Shown: positions 45,810 to 56,832 of the stretch, piece after piece
Layout of the letters: the number at the start of each line of letters is the position of its first letter
How positions within the stretch are numbered: the stretch's first letter is position 1
Assembly: GCA_965222375.1 (NCBI GenBank)
Contig: CBDCTZ010000005.1
Location: 256,001 to 320,000, forward strand
Length of the DNA: 64,000 nt
Direction: 5' to 3'
DNA from: Polyangiaceae bacterium
GTDB taxonomy: Bacteria; Myxococcota_A; Polyangia; Polyangiales; Polyangiaceae
The notes under the pieces: generated by a model
What the model was told of the DNA's origin: nothing
Databases searched by the model: none
Seen by the model: the letters and a program-made list of their open reading frames with translations, nothing else
Position numbers and translations under genes: made by a program

Positions 45810-48489
45810 GACCGTTCTCCGATTGCAGCATGACGATGGTCGACATGATGCGCTGCCGAATCTGTTCGATGCGCGCGGGGTCGTCAATCTTGGCCCCCTC
45901 AGCGTCAGAAACGTAAAAAACGTCCGCCACGCTGTCGCCCTCAGTATTGATTTTGGCGATGGAAATCGTCAATTCGGCTTGTTGGAGGGTGTGGGCGAGC
46001 CAGAACAGAAGGGCCGGGCGGTCCCGGGTGATGACCTCCAGGACCGTGTGAGCGGTCGCACGGTCATCGAAAGCAATCCGTGTCGGCACATCCGGCGCTG
46101 GGCGGCTGAAGCCTCTGCCCGTGGCGCGTTTGTCGACGAGTTCGCTCGGCGCGATCTTCCCCGCGAGTAGCTCGGCCAGATCCCTCCGAATCCGGGGAAG
46201 CTGGGTTCGGACGCTTTCAGCGCCACCGGAGCCCGCCCGCACCCAAAACAAATCGAGCGCGCGTACCCTCGCGCCGTCGTTCCACGTGTAGATCTGCGCT
46301 CCAACGACATCGTGGCGCGCCGCCGCCAGCGCGGCAGTGACCAACGCGAGCAAGCCGGGTCGGTCGTCCGCGACGAATCCCAACTCCGCGTATTCCTCTG
46401 CCATCGCGAGAACGTCAATCGCGAAAGGCGCGCCATCTGCCGACGCGGCGAAGCTGGCGTGACGGGCGACGTCTTTGGAGCCATTGGCCAGCAAGTAGCG
46501 CTCAGGGATCGCGTCCAAGAAGTTGGTTTCGATGGTCAATGGAGTCGCGGCCCCACTCGACAGCACGTCGAGTGCCGCGCGACGACGCTTGCCAATGAGT
46601 TCGCTCTGTTTGCGCACGCCCTTGGCCAAAAAGCGGTCGGTTGCGCGAAACAGCTCGTCCAGCATGCGCGTCTTCCAACTCGTCATCGCCGTCGGGCTAG
46701 TCGTGCTGACATCGGCGACGGTCAGTAGATACAGCTCTCTCAGGCCCTCGCGTCCGGTGACTTCCTCGGCAAAGGCGTCGATGGTCTCGGGGTCATCGAT
46801 GTCTCGTCGCGTTGCGACGTGATACATCCGCAGGTGTTTTGCGATCAGGTTCTGGACTTCGCGAGTCTCGCTCTCGCCGACGTCCAACCGGGCGAGTATC
46901 TGCTCCGCCAATTCGGCGCCACGCTGGGAGTGATTGCGACCGCCAATGTCCTTGCCAACGTCGTGGAGCAGGGTCGCTAAATACAGCACCGTGGGGCGAG
47001 CTACTTCTGCTGCCAAGCGTGATGCCAGCGGGAACTCTTCGGCTAAGTCGCCTCGGACGAGCGCGCGCAGCCGATCCACCGCGGCGACGGAGTGCGCGTC
47101 GACCGTGTACACGTGATAGACGTCGTGGTGTACCCGCCCGATGACCGGCAAGAACTCCGGGATCATCGCCGCCAGGAGGCCCACGTCGTGCAGCTCCGCG
47201 ACGATGGAGCCGCGGCGAAACTTGGAGGTCTTCGCGGTCGAGAGCAAGCAGCGAAAAGCACGCGCAGCGTCCGCACTCTCGCGGAGCCGCTCTGCAAAGC
47301 CGTCAGAGGTGGTTGCCCGGATGACGGCGTCCCGTGCGTATTGATTGACCCGCAGACTGCGGCGCACGGCGGCCTCGTAGAGCCGAAGGGCCAGGGCGGG
47401 CTCTCCATCCAACGAGCCCGGGTGCGCCAGGGTGATGGAATCCTCGAGGCGCACCAACCCGCCTCCCAGGCTCTGCCAGTGAGGACGCCGGGGGGGCGCC
47501 GGCGCGGCGCGCGCCAACAGCATGTCCCGGGCACGCTCCAGCTCGCGGGCGTTCCGGTAGTAGTCGCTCATCAAACGCTCGACGCCGGGACCACCCGTAC
47601 CGTAGCCCAGATCCTCGGCGAGGGTTTCCTGCCGATCGAAGCTGAGTCGGTCCGAACGCCGACCCGCGTGCACGTGCAGCAGGTTTCGAACTCTCCATAT
47701 CAGTTCCGCGGCATCGGCCATGCGGGCGTACTCCCGAGGAATCAGCACCCCGAGCTTGACCAGGTCCTTCAGATCCCGCACCCGAAAACGCGCGCGCGCA
47801 GCCCACCCCGCGATATCGATGTCTCGGATCCCACCCGGTCCGTTCTTGACGTCGGGTTCAAGGAGATAGACCGAGCCGCCGTAGCGCTCGTGGCGCTCCG
47901 CGGCGCGCTGGGCGAGGCGGTGGAGGAAATCCTGAATCTGCCCGGGACCGAAGATCCCCTCAAAGGCGCGCGCCAGCATGCGGTCACTGGCCTCGACGGG
48001 TCCCGCGAGGGTGCGCCAGTCGAGCAGCGAGGTCGCGGTCGGGAGGTCTTGGCGCGCCAGCTCGATGACTTCGTCTTCGGTCACGACCTGATGGCCAATA
48101 CTCAGCCGACAATCCCAGAGCGGGTATAGCAGCGCTTCGGCCACGGGCTGGGCGTCGTCGGCTGCGTCTCCAGCACACAGCAAGCGCAGATCCAGATCAC
48201 TGGCGAACGAGACCGCGCCGCGCCCATAACTACCGACCGCCGCGAGGGTGACCGGGGCGAAGCTCCCATCCCGGGACATCGTGGCTCGCAGCGCGGAAAA
48301 CAATGAGCACAGCAATCCGTCGATGGCGCGGGCGTAGCCGGCGCTGGCAACCATTCCGGCCTCGCCGCCACCCGCGCGGATTTGTGCTTCCACCGCGCTG
48401 CGGTGCTGCGTCAAATAGCGCGACAGTTCGTCGGACAGACTCGGCTGAACGCGTGCAAGCAGCGGGACGGTGGGGGAGGCTTCAGACAT
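45796..48489 (-). CDS. glnD: [Protein-PII] uridylyltransferase
   Basis: AVGSYGRG...SDLDL NTase, EPDVKNGPGGIRD, HVYTVDAH, LLHDVGK HD domain, two ACT domains (DRPGLL, DRPALL). Confidence 0.93.
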   Translation of the reverse strand: MSEASPTVPLLARVQPSLSDELSRYLTQHRSAVEAQIRAGGGEAGMVASAGYARAIDGLLCSLFSALRATMSRDGSFAPVTLAAVGSYGRGAVSFASDLDLRLLCAGDAADDAQPVAEALLYPLWDCRLSIGHQVVTEDEVIELARQDLPTATSLLDWRTLAGPVEASDRMLARAFEGIFGPGQIQDFLHRLAQRAAERHERYGGSVYLLEPDVKNGPGGIRDIDIAGWAARARFRVRDLKDLVKLGVLIPREYARMADAAELIWRVRNLLHVHAGRRSDRLSFDRQETLAEDLGYGTGGPGVERLMSDYYRNARELERARDMLLARAAPAPPRRPHWQSLGGGLVRLEDSITLAHPGSLDGEPALALRLYEAAVRRSLRVNQYARDAVIRATTSDGFAERLRESADAARAFRCLLSTAKTSKFRRGSIVAELHDVGLLAAMIPEFLPVIGRVHHDVYHVYTVDAHSVAAVDRLRALVRGDLAEEFPLASRLAAEVARPTVLYLATLLHDVGKDIGGRNHSQRGAELAEQILARLDVGESETREVQNLIAKHLRMYHVATRRDIDDPETIDAFAEEVTGREGLRELYLLTVADVSTTSPTAMTSWKTRMLDELFRATDRFLAKGVRKQSELIGKRRRAALDVLSSGAATPLTIETNFLDAIPERYLLANGSKDVARHASFAASADGAPFAIDVLAMAEEYAELGFVADDRPGLLALVTAALAAARHDVVGAQIYTWNDGARVRALDLFWVRAGSGGAESVRTQLPRIRRDLAELLAGKIAPSELVDKRATGRGFSRPAPDVPTRIAFDDRATAHTVLEVITRDRPALLFWLAHTLQQAELTISIAKINTEGDSVADVFYVSDAEGAKIDDPARIEQIRQRIMSTIVMLQSENGHEVS

Positions 48490-48577
48490 GGCAGAGTCGA
48501 CGACGCTCTTATAGCGCAGGCGCTGGGTCCGTCGATGCGCTGGCCGAGGGGCGGTTTTCGCGGTAGCCTGCATTCTG

Positions 48578-49144
48578 ATGCCGAGCCGTCGCGCCGTTTT
48601 GGGTTGGTTTGCCGGTTCGAGCGCGTCGCTCCTACTGCCAGCCACCGCATCGGCCAGCATCGCCCGGGGCCTACGGCTGCCCGAGCTTGTTCGTGGCAGT
48701 TCCTGCTGCTTGGTTGGCACAGCTCTCGCGGCCGAGAGTCGCTGGGAGTCCGTGGGAAACAGTCGCCGAATCGTGACTTCCACCCGCGTCCGAGTCGACC
48801 AGACCTTCGGCGGAACGCCACCGGGGACCGAGGCACTGATCCGTACCCTGGGCGGCCGCGTCGGCGACGTCGGCCAGATCGTGCACGGGGAGGCGTTCCT
48901 GCTGTTGGGTCAGGCTGCAACGCTCTTCTTGCTCCCGCTACAGGACGGGCGCCACTCAGTCATGGGGATGGCTCAAGGTCACTTTCCCATCGCTGTCGAT
49001 GCGCAGAAGGTGAAACGTCTGCGTCGAAGTCCACGCCTTCCGGAACTCATCGACGCGGAGCGCTCCGCGTCGAAGCTACTTGCCGGCCGCGCACTGCCGG
49101 ATGCCCGCAAGCTTATCGGGAAGGCGTTCGACAGTGCCAAGTAG
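48578..49144 (+). CDS. Hypothetical exported protein
   Basis: SRR signal-like N-terminus; IVT...VRV...GG.VGD.GQ.V.GEA...V.GMAQG.F. Confidence 0.6.
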   Translation: MPSRRAVLGWFAGSSASLLLPATASASIARGLRLPELVRGSSCCLVGTALAAESRWESVGNSRRIVTSTRVRVDQTFGGTPPGTEALIRTLGGRVGDVGQIVHGEAFLLLGQAATLFLLPLQDGRHSVMGMAQGHFPIAVDAQKVKRLRRSPRLPELIDAERSASKLLAGRALPDARKLIGKAFDSAK

Positions 49145-50075
49145 CTACCGACGCGCCCTGCTCGCCGCTGCAGCCATGGCCGCCGTCAGCGTGCCCAGCA
49201 CGGCGCTGGGTTTCTGCCGCACCACCACGTGCGGCCCAGGGCAGTGTAGCGCCAACCCGAGTTGCGAATTCTGCTTGGAGGGCGGGCGCCCCCTGTTCTG
49301 GGGCGGGCGCTGTATCTCCTTCGGTGTGCAGGCGGCCGGCTCCCCACTGCGCGGAGTCGACTTCGAAACCACCCGCAACGTGATTGGTTCGGCCTACGCC
49401 AAGTGGATGAGCGTGGACTGCGGTGGCGCTCCCCCAGACCTCGAACTCCGAGATTTCGGCGCGATCAACTGTGGGCGGCAGGAGTACAACCAGACCGCCG
49501 GCAATGCGAATGTGTGGATGTTTCGGGACGACTACTGGCCCTACTCCGGCGCCAACGCGACCTTGGCGCTCACCACGATCACGTTCAACGTCAAGACGGG
49601 TGAGATCTTCGACGCAGACGTAGAGATCAACTCGATTCAGAATCCGATCACGCTCGGAGACACCAACATCCAAGCAGACCTCGATTCCATCGTGACCCAC
49701 GAGGCGGGTCACTTTCTCGGGCTCTCCCACTCCTGCGAGAAAGAAGCGACGATGTTCGCCTCCTACAAACTCGGAGAGGTGGGCCTGCGCACCCTGGAGG
49801 CCGACGACATCGCAGGGATCTGCACTCTGTTCCCACCAGGTTCGAATAAGGGCTGCCAGCCAACTCCCCGCCACGGGTTTTCGACGGAGTGCTGCAACCC
49901 CCGCAGCGAGTGCGAGGGCAGAGCCGAGGCCGAAGGTTGCTGCACGACCGCTCCAGGCGGGTCGTCGGGCGCTGGACGCTGGGCCGCGCCTTTGCTGCTT
50001 TTCGGCCTTTTTGTGGGGTTCGCGCGACGGCGACGTGGTCACAAGCCACTTCGACGACCGGGCACAATGGGGTAA
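49134..50075 (+). CDS. Matrixin-family (M10-like) metalloprotease with C-terminal sorting tail
   Basis: DADVEIN, THEAGHFLGLSHS, ATMFA Met-turn, DDIAGI; GCC + TM + RRRR tail. Confidence 0.85.
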   Translation: MPSSYRRALLAAAAMAAVSVPSTALGFCRTTTCGPGQCSANPSCEFCLEGGRPLFWGGRCISFGVQAAGSPLRGVDFETTRNVIGSAYAKWMSVDCGGAPPDLELRDFGAINCGRQEYNQTAGNANVWMFRDDYWPYSGANATLALTTITFNVKTGEIFDADVEINSIQNPITLGDTNIQADLDSIVTHEAGHFLGLSHSCEKEATMFASYKLGEVGLRTLEADDIAGICTLFPPGSNKGCQPTPRHGFSTECCNPRSECEGRAEAEGCCTTAPGGSSGAGRWAAPLLLFGLFVGFARRRRGHKPLRRPGTMG

Positions 50076-50102
50076 GACTCGACAGAGGGTTAGGAGGCCG
50101 CT

Positions 50103-51269
50103 GTGGCGCGATCGCTTTTTGCTTGGACTTCGGTTTTCATTCTGGGGGTTGGTGTAGCCGCGGTCGCGTGCTCTAGCGACGAGGGCGGCAGCGACCCGGC
50201 AACCGGCGGCGCCGGTGGCTCGGGCGGCAACTCGACCGGCGGCGCCAGTAGCTGTGGGCCGACTCCCCTCGGCTTCAGTGGCGAATGCAAGCCCGGAGCA
50301 CCGGAGCAATGCTGCGGGTCCACCATTCCAGTGATGAAATACCGGGACAAGAACGACAAGCTGGTCGACCCAGACTGGTCCTGTATCACTGGCAGCGGTG
50401 GCGCCGGCGGCAGCGCGGGTAGTGGCGGCGGTGGCGGGGTATCACCCGATGCCGGAGCTGATTCAGGCGCAGCTGACTCGGGGGCAGACGCCGGGGCCGA
50501 TGCCGCCGCCGACGCCGCACCCCCGACAACCCAAAACATTTTCGAGGTGGAAGACTTCAGCAGCGGGAACGCCGTCGTCGATATCGAGGTCGAGCTCTAC
50601 GAGGGGGAAGCGATCGTCGACAAGACCCCCTTCCACACCGCCTTCACCAAGGGCCCGATCAACTCCGGCAACCCCGGCCTCAACAACGGGCAGTTCTACT
50701 TCCCTCACCCGAGTTCGAAGTACATCTCCTATCGTGTCAAAGAAAAACCCGGCATCGCGAAGGAGTTCGTGGGCTTCGGCGAGGAAGTGCCGGCAGCGCC
50801 GGGCAAGGTCGTCGGCAACACCTTGTCTCCGGATCTATACCTGCAGCTGTCCACTTTCGTGGTGCCGCTGCCCGGTTGGACGCCGCCCGACGACCTCGCG
50901 ATTATCACAGGGCCCGTGCGGGACTGCGCGGGTAACGACGTCGGTGGCGCGCGCGTACGCTACTTCGATGTCGATGGAGGTAAGGAAGTGGAGCCCGGCT
51001 CTTGCGAGCGGGACATTCGCTATGTCTACTTCGACGCCCAGTATCCCAACCCCAAATGTGCCTACACGGACTACCGCCAGTCCCTCTGGGTCATTGCGAA
51101 TGCGCCGGGTAATGCGGCTGGCCCGAACAAGGGGCACAAGTACCGGATCGAGTACTGGGGTCGGCTCAAGGAAACGGATACCGAGCCGGTGAAGTTTGCG
51201 GAGAAACAGATCGAGGTCTTTTCCAAGACCGTGAACGTCCACCAGATCCGCCCCAACATCCAGCAGTGA
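50103..51269 (+). CDS. Hypothetical lipoprotein
   Basis: AVA-C lipobox, Gly/Asp-Ala linkers, globular C-terminus. Confidence 0.65.
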   Translation: MARSLFAWTSVFILGVGVAAVACSSDEGGSDPATGGAGGSGGNSTGGASSCGPTPLGFSGECKPGAPEQCCGSTIPVMKYRDKNDKLVDPDWSCITGSGGAGGSAGSGGGGGVSPDAGADSGAADSGADAGADAAADAAPPTTQNIFEVEDFSSGNAVVDIEVELYEGEAIVDKTPFHTAFTKGPINSGNPGLNNGQFYFPHPSSKYISYRVKEKPGIAKEFVGFGEEVPAAPGKVVGNTLSPDLYLQLSTFVVPLPGWTPPDDLAIITGPVRDCAGNDVGGARVRYFDVDGGKEVEPGSCERDIRYVYFDAQYPNPKCAYTDYRQSLWVIANAPGNAAGPNKGHKYRIEYWGRLKETDTEPVKFAEKQIEVFSKTVNVHQIRPNIQQ

Positions 51270-52462
51270 CGCAATCGAAGATCAGCTTTCACCGCGAGGC
51301 CCGAGAGCTTCGCGCTGGACGGCGAACGCGTGGAGAGCGCGTCCTGGTCTCCGTGGGAGAGGCATCCGGCGATAGCATGGCCAGTGCCGTGGTCTCCCAC
51401 TTGGCAGCGCCTAGCTTTGGGCTGACCGGCCCGGAGCTACGTAGCGCGGGCACTCAAAGCCTCGCAGACGTGACGGAAGCAGCCGCCATTGGAATGTTCG
51501 ATGCGCTCAGGCATGCCCCCACCCTGGCCAAGGCACTGCGTGCCGTGATGAAGCAAGCCGAAGAGGAGCGGCCTCGGGCTGCATTGCTGGTCGGATTCTC
51601 GGAGCTCAACGCACGCTTGGGTGTCCGCCTTCGCAAACAAGGAACGCGAGTTCTCTGGTACGCACCGCCACAGGTGTGGGCGTGGCGCCCCGAGCGCATC
51701 CACACGCTGCAGCGCGCCGCGGACCAGATGGCTTGCGTGCTGCCTTTTGAAGAGTCGATCTGGACCCGAGCGGGCGTGCCCGCGCGCTATGTGGGCCACA
51801 GCTCCCTCGAGACTCGCCTCAACACGCGGCAAGTCGCTCGAAAACGACTGCAGCTAACGCCCTACGCCGAGGTCGTCGCCCTGCTTCCGGGAAGCCGCGG
51901 CGCCGAAGTGCGCCGCACTCTGCCAGCCATGCTCGAGGCGGTCGCGGCGCTGCGCGAAGACCGCGGCGCCGTGGATGCTCGGCTGCTGCTCGCCCCAACG
52001 CTCCCTGACAGCGTCGCGAACTGGGCGGCGGCACTCAGTCAGCGAGCCGGCGTTGCCAGCTCGCAGCTGCCAGCCCGCAACTTGCTACCGGCCTTCGACG
52101 TGGCATTCGTGGCGAGCGGTACAGCGACCCTCGAATGTGCGGTGTCCGGCGTACCACCCGTGATCGTGTACAGGACCGGACCTGTCACGCAGTCGATCGC
52201 GCGCCGCCTGCTGCGCGTGGACCACATCGGGTTGCCGAATCTCATACTGGGCCGACGTGCATTCCCCGAACTCGTTCAAGAGGCCCTGACCGGACCCGCG
52301 CTGGCAGATGCAACGACGACGATTCTCGACGAGCCCAAGGCCTATCGCGAGAGCCTGCGGCAGGTAGCTACTGCGCTCCGACCTGAGCCCAAGGCGGTGG
52401 CTCTCGGCAGCTCCCCCTCCGCCCGGGTAGCGGCTTTGATGCGATCGTGGCTGAGCAACTGA
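51266..52462 (+). CDS. lpxB: Lipid-A-disaccharide synthase
   Basis: GEASGD, PPQVWAWR, LPFE, YVGH, LLPGSR, ASGTATLE, LPNLI. Confidence 0.9.
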   Translation: MTQSKISFHREARELRAGRRTRGERVLVSVGEASGDSMASAVVSHLAAPSFGLTGPELRSAGTQSLADVTEAAAIGMFDALRHAPTLAKALRAVMKQAEEERPRAALLVGFSELNARLGVRLRKQGTRVLWYAPPQVWAWRPERIHTLQRAADQMACVLPFEESIWTRAGVPARYVGHSSLETRLNTRQVARKRLQLTPYAEVVALLPGSRGAEVRRTLPAMLEAVAALREDRGAVDARLLLAPTLPDSVANWAAALSQRAGVASSQLPARNLLPAFDVAFVASGTATLECAVSGVPPVIVYRTGPVTQSIARRLLRVDHIGLPNLILGRRAFPELVQEALTGPALADATTTILDEPKAYRESLRQVATALRPEPKAVALGSSPSARVAALMRSWLSN

Positions 52463-53955
52463 GTGACAGCGCCCTGACCCCAAAGCTGCTGTCGCCAGTT
52501 CGACTGTGCTTTCTGGTGTCCGCCGCACTCTTCGGCCTGCGCGTCTTTCTGGCGCAGCGCGTGGGCTTTGGCGACGCGGAAGCGCTCTACGTCAGCTACG
52601 CGCTCTTTCCTCAGCCCGGATACCTGGATCATCCGGGGCTGGTCGGTTTCGTCATCCGCGCCCTTGGTGGAGGAGGGCTGCCCAGCCCTTATGCCGTTCA
52701 CGTCCTGTCTGCGGTGCTGGCAACTCTGGTCCCTTGGATTGGCGGTTGGGCGGCGAAGCGCGCCGGCGCGGACACCGCGGGAGGGTGCCGGACCATCCTC
52801 GCCCTTGCGCTCGTACCGGAACTCTCCGTCGGCCTCTTCGGCCTCACACCGGATTTGCTCCTGGCGACGTTGTGGCTGCTTTCCTTGGGCATCGCTGCCG
52901 GGCAGATGACTGAGGAGAAGCCGGGGTCCACGAGCCTTCTCGCACTCGGAGTCACGCTAGGGCTTGCACTATTGAGCAAAGTGAGCGGCGGACTCTTGGC
53001 GCTCGCGACGGCCATGGCGATGCTTGCCCGCTCCCAGTTGCGCCGCAATGCAGGCCCCTACTTGGGCGCGGCGCTAGCTGTCGTGATCATCTACCCCTGG
53101 GTGCTATGGGAATGGAGCCAGGGCGCGCCGCTGCTAACCCACCGCCTCGTCGCCACCCAAGCCGAGGCGGGGCCATCCTTGCGCAACTTGGGCGCTCTTA
53201 TCGGCGGCCAATTGCTCTACGTCACTCCGCCTTTCCTGCTCGGCGCGTGGTTGGTGGCGCGACAGCTGTTTCGAACCCGCAAGACGGATCCCGTCGCGCA
53301 TCTGTTGTGGCTGTGCTGCATGGTCCCCGGTGGCTTCCTGGCGCTGTTGTGCTTGTGGTCCAAGGTCGCGGAACCGCATTGGGTCGCGCCCATGTATCTG
53401 TCCCTCGCGGTGCAGCTCGGACGCATGCCTCCCCTGTCACGAGGGATCCGTTTGTCTGCAGCCGCTTTGGGCGCCGTCGCCGTGCTGCTGGCGCTGTTTT
53501 GGGTCGGCACGGACTACCCACCCCGCGTGCTCGGAAAGCACTACCGGCCGCGCTACGATCTGGCCAACGATCTGTACGCTTGGGGCCCGGGCAAACGCTT
53601 GCTGGCGGACGTCGTGCGCCAGACCGCTCTGCAAGCGAAGCAACTGCCGGTCGTGGTCGGCCCTCATTGGATCGTCTGCGCTCAAGCCCAGGTCGCAGTT
53701 GGGCGTAGCGTGCGCGTCGGCTGCAACACACCCATCGTCGACGACTTCGACCGCTGGTACCCGCGAGCCAAGTGGTTGCAGGCGCCGACGGTCCTGTACG
53801 TGCACGACAGCCGTTTCGAGGTCGACCCGGCCCAAGAGCTTCCGGACCGCATCGAAAAAAGTCGGAGCCGAGTGCACCTCCGCCGCGGGGGTCAGATCGT
53901 GCGCACGCTGTGGGTGACGCGTCTGGACCGAAGCGAAGTGCGAGCTAGCAACTGA
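52447..53955 (+). CDS. GT-C glycosyltransferase (ArnT/PMT-like, GT39/83)
   Basis: DAEALY..Y...GYLDHP, TPD, many TMs, GLALLSK, HW.APMY; start 52447 or 52459. Confidence 0.78.
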   Translation: MAEQLSDSALTPKLLSPVRLCFLVSAALFGLRVFLAQRVGFGDAEALYVSYALFPQPGYLDHPGLVGFVIRALGGGGLPSPYAVHVLSAVLATLVPWIGGWAAKRAGADTAGGCRTILALALVPELSVGLFGLTPDLLLATLWLLSLGIAAGQMTEEKPGSTSLLALGVTLGLALLSKVSGGLLALATAMAMLARSQLRRNAGPYLGAALAVVIIYPWVLWEWSQGAPLLTHRLVATQAEAGPSLRNLGALIGGQLLYVTPPFLLGAWLVARQLFRTRKTDPVAHLLWLCCMVPGGFLALLCLWSKVAEPHWVAPMYLSLAVQLGRMPPLSRGIRLSAAALGAVAVLLALFWVGTDYPPRVLGKHYRPRYDLANDLYAWGPGKRLLADVVRQTALQAKQLPVVVGPHWIVCAQAQVAVGRSVRVGCNTPIVDDFDRWYPRAKWLQAPTVLYVHDSRFEVDPAQELPDRIEKSRSRVHLRRGGQIVRTLWVTRLDRSEVRASN

Positions 53956-53974
53956 AACTGAAGCCGCCTGCGCC

Positions 53975-54934
53975 CTACTCAGCAGCGGGCGCTTCTCTGT
54001 GCAGCCCAGCTTCCCGGATCAACGCTTCGTCGGCGTTTTCTCCGGGGTTCGGGGTTGTCAGAAGCGTGTCGCCGTAGAAGATGCTGTTCGCGCCGGCGTA
54101 CAGGCACATCAACTGCGCCTCCCGCGAAAGATCCGTGCGCCCCGCGCTCAACCGGACTCGGGACTTGGGCATCATGATGCGCGCGGTCGCGATCATGCGC
54201 ACCAGCTCCAGTGGCTGCACGGGTGGCAGGTGCTCCAAGGGCGTTCCGGGCACTCGCACCAGAGCGTTGATCGGCACGCTCTCCGGGTGTGGGTCCATGT
54301 TGGCGACTTGCACGAGCAAGCCGCAGCGATCGTCAATGCTCTCACCCATGCCGATGATCCCACCCGTACACACCGTAATGCCTGCGTCCCGAACGTTGCG
54401 CAGGGTGTCCATGCGGTCATCGAACTTGCGGGTCGAGATGATTGACTTGTAGTGCTCGCGGCTGGTGTCCAAGTTGTGGTTGTAGGCGTCTAGGCCGGCA
54501 TCTTTGAGTTGCTTGGCTTGATCGCCGCTCACCATGCCGAGGGTGACACAGGTCTCGAGACCCTCGGCTTTCACCTTACGGACCATTTCCAGGACGCTGT
54601 CGAAGGCGGATCCGGATTTCACCTCGCGCCAGGCCGCCCCCATGCAAAACCGGGTGGCGCCTGCGTCCTTGGCGCGCTTCGCCGCATCGACAACGTCGTC
54701 CACGCTGAGCATCTTCTGCCCCTCGACGGGCGTATCGTAGTGCGCCGATTGTGGACAGTAGGCGCAATCCTCCGGGCAGCCGCCCGTCTTGACGCTAATG
54801 AGGGTGCAGAGCTGGACGCCCCCATCGGGAAAGGACGCGAGGTGTACTTGGCGCGCGCTGTCCAGCAGTTCGAACAGGGGCGTGTCGTGGATCTCTCGCG
54901 CGTCCGTTCGGGTCCAGTCGTGTCGCAGGGCCAT
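53975..54934 (-). CDS. bioB: Biotin synthase
   Basis: [41 protein letters not shown]. Confidence 0.96.
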   Translation of the reverse strand: MALRHDWTRTDAREIHDTPLFELLDSARQVHLASFPDGGVQLCTLISVKTGGCPEDCAYCPQSAHYDTPVEGQKMLSVDDVVDAAKRAKDAGATRFCMGAAWREVKSGSAFDSVLEMVRKVKAEGLETCVTLGMVSGDQAKQLKDAGLDAYNHNLDTSREHYKSIISTRKFDDRMDTLRNVRDAGITVCTGGIIGMGESIDDRCGLLVQVANMDPHPESVPINALVRVPGTPLEHLPPVQPLELVRMIATARIMMPKSRVRLSAGRTDLSREAQLMCLYAGANSIFYGDTLLTTPNPGENADEALIREAGLHREAPAAE

Positions 54935-55011
54935 GCGGCTTGTTCGCACGATTCGGCGACCGGGTGCAATCCAAAGCCGCGGCGGCCGCTGCGCTCCCAA
55001 GCGGCCGCTGC

Positions 55012-56103
55012 TCAGAAGCCAATCGCGGTGCGGGCGACTTCCCGGTCGACCAAGCCCTCTCGGAGCAGGGATTTCACGCTCATCTCGAAGGTTTGCATGC
55101 CATACATGCCCTGGCCGGATTCCATCAGTTCCTTCAGCGGCGGGTTGCCAACGGGCCGCTTGATGGTCTCACGCACTGAGCCCGTGGCGATGAGCAACTC
55201 CGTCGCCAGGATCATGCCCTGCCCGTCCGCCCGTGGCAGAAGCCGCTGCGCGACCACGCCCTGCAGCGCGTCCCCCAGTCGCTCCCGAACATCTTCGGGA
55301 TCCCCCCGAGTTAGAGCAACCACGCGGTTGACCGTGCGCGCCACGTCCGGCGTGTGAAGCGTGGAAAGCACCAGGTGGCCTGTCTCGGCCGCTTTCAGCG
55401 AAATCTCCATGGTCTCGCTGTCCCGGATCTCGCCCACCTGAATCACATCCGGGTCTTGTCGCAGGCTAGCCCGCAGCGCGTCGGCGAAACTGTCCGTGTC
55501 GATTCCGATTTCGCGCTGGCTGATACTGCAGCGCCCATCTTGGTGCAGGTACTCGATGGGGTCCTCCACCGTGACGATATGCCGCGACATGCCCTCGTTC
55601 ATGTGGGCAACCATCGCCGCAAGGGTCGTGCTCTTGCCGTTGCCCGCTGCTCCGACGCACAGCACGAGCCCACGTTCCTTTTCGGCCAAGTCCGCCACCG
55701 CAGGAGGTGCGCCGAGGGAATCCAGCGGCGGTACTTCGAAGGGGATCGCGCGCATGACCACCGCCAAGGTTCCGCGCTGGCGGTAGATGTTGACTCGGAA
55801 TCTCCCGATGCCAGGGGCAGCGTAGGAAGTATCGTATTCGTTGAAGCCCTTGAGATCGCCGCGGATTGCCGGATCTTTGATCAAGTGCCGGGCCACCGCC
55901 TCGGTGTCTTGGGGCCGGATCTTGTCGACGCGGAAGTAGACGATGCCACCCCGAACCCGCGCCCCGGGTGGTTGACCCACCTTGAGATGCACGTCCCGGG
56001 CCCCTGCAGCGATGGCCTTCTGCAACAGCTGATGCAGATACGCTTCCGCTGAATACGGGTTCGACCCACCTCCTGGCGCCAGGCTTACCACCGCGGGCAG
56101 CAT
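55012..56103 (-). CDS. pilT: PilT/PilU family type IV pilus ATPase
   Basis: [56 protein letters not shown]; start approximate. Confidence 0.85.
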   Translation of the reverse strand: MLPAVVSLAPGGGSNPYSAEAYLHQLLQKAIAAGARDVHLKVGQPPGARVRGGIVYFRVDKIRPQDTEAVARHLIKDPAIRGDLKGFNEYDTSYAAPGIGRFRVNIYRQRGTLAVVMRAIPFEVPPLDSLGAPPAVADLAEKERGLVLCVGAAGNGKSTTLAAMVAHMNEGMSRHIVTVEDPIEYLHQDGRCSISQREIGIDTDSFADALRASLRQDPDVIQVGEIRDSETMEISLKAAETGHLVLSTLHTPDVARTVNRVVALTRGDPEDVRERLGDALQGVVAQRLLPRADGQGMILATELLIATGSVRETIKRPVGNPPLKELMESGQGMYGMQTFEMSVKSLLREGLVDREVARTAIGF

Positions 56104-56176
56104 ACTCGGCGCGCCTGCAGTAGCGGAAGCCCCTGATTTTTCCCCGGCACTTTGCGCTCGAAACGCCGGGATCGAG

Positions 56177-56746
56177 TCAAGGCAGTTGTGCAAGTTGCGC
56201 GACGACTGCGTCAGCCATGTCGCGCTGCTCATCCGTGGCACGCGGGGCAGCGAGGGACGGCAGGATCTCTCGACACGAGCGCACGCCTTCCGCGCCGATG
56301 CGCTCTGTATCCGGCGACACGCCTTCGGCGATACCGAGCAGCGCCGCAAGGACAGCGTCGAGGGCATTCCCCGACACCCGCTTCGTCATTGCACACAGCG
56401 GCCCCAGAGCGAGTTCCCCGTCCGGTGCGTAGGCAAGCGCGCGGAGCGCGACGTTACCGACGCCTCCCCCGAGACGGACTCCTTCCAATAGACCCGTCGT
56501 GCCCTCCACCTCCGCGAGTCGCGCCAGCGCGATCGGGTCCAAGTTTGTTGCCCGCTGCCAGATGGCGTCACCTTGCATCCGCCCAGGCTTGGACGGCTGA
56601 GAACTCTCGAAGCTCAAGCTCTCGGCGGCGCCAGCGCTCGGAGCGGGCTGGGACGGGCCGTTGGATGCGGCGGCGCCAGAGCCCGATCGCCCGGCGCCTG
56701 CACAGGCGGCGGCCAAGACAACCAAGGGTAGCGTGACCTTCACCAC
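56177..56746 (-). CDS. Hypothetical lipoprotein
   Basis: LPLVVLAAA-C lipobox; helical C-terminus; start approximate. Confidence 0.5.
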   Translation of the reverse strand: MVKVTLPLVVLAAACAGAGRSGSGAAASNGPSQPAPSAGAAESLSFESSQPSKPGRMQGDAIWQRATNLDPIALARLAEVEGTTGLLEGVRLGGGVGNVALRALAYAPDGELALGPLCAMTKRVSGNALDAVLAALLGIAEGVSPDTERIGAEGVRSCREILPSLAAPRATDEQRDMADAVVAQLAQLP

Positions 56747-56832
56747 GCGCAGGCTAGCGGCATTGGTCCAAGATCCGTGCGTCTTTTTGTCCCGCCCGGG
56801 CACGACCACTCACAACGCCCTATGGTTGACCC

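Noticed and set aside
46278..46293. parS-like CGTTCCACGTGTAGAT (also ATTCCACGCGAAC at 42481)
   Set aside because: Only half of the palindrome matches, and the first lies inside glnD.
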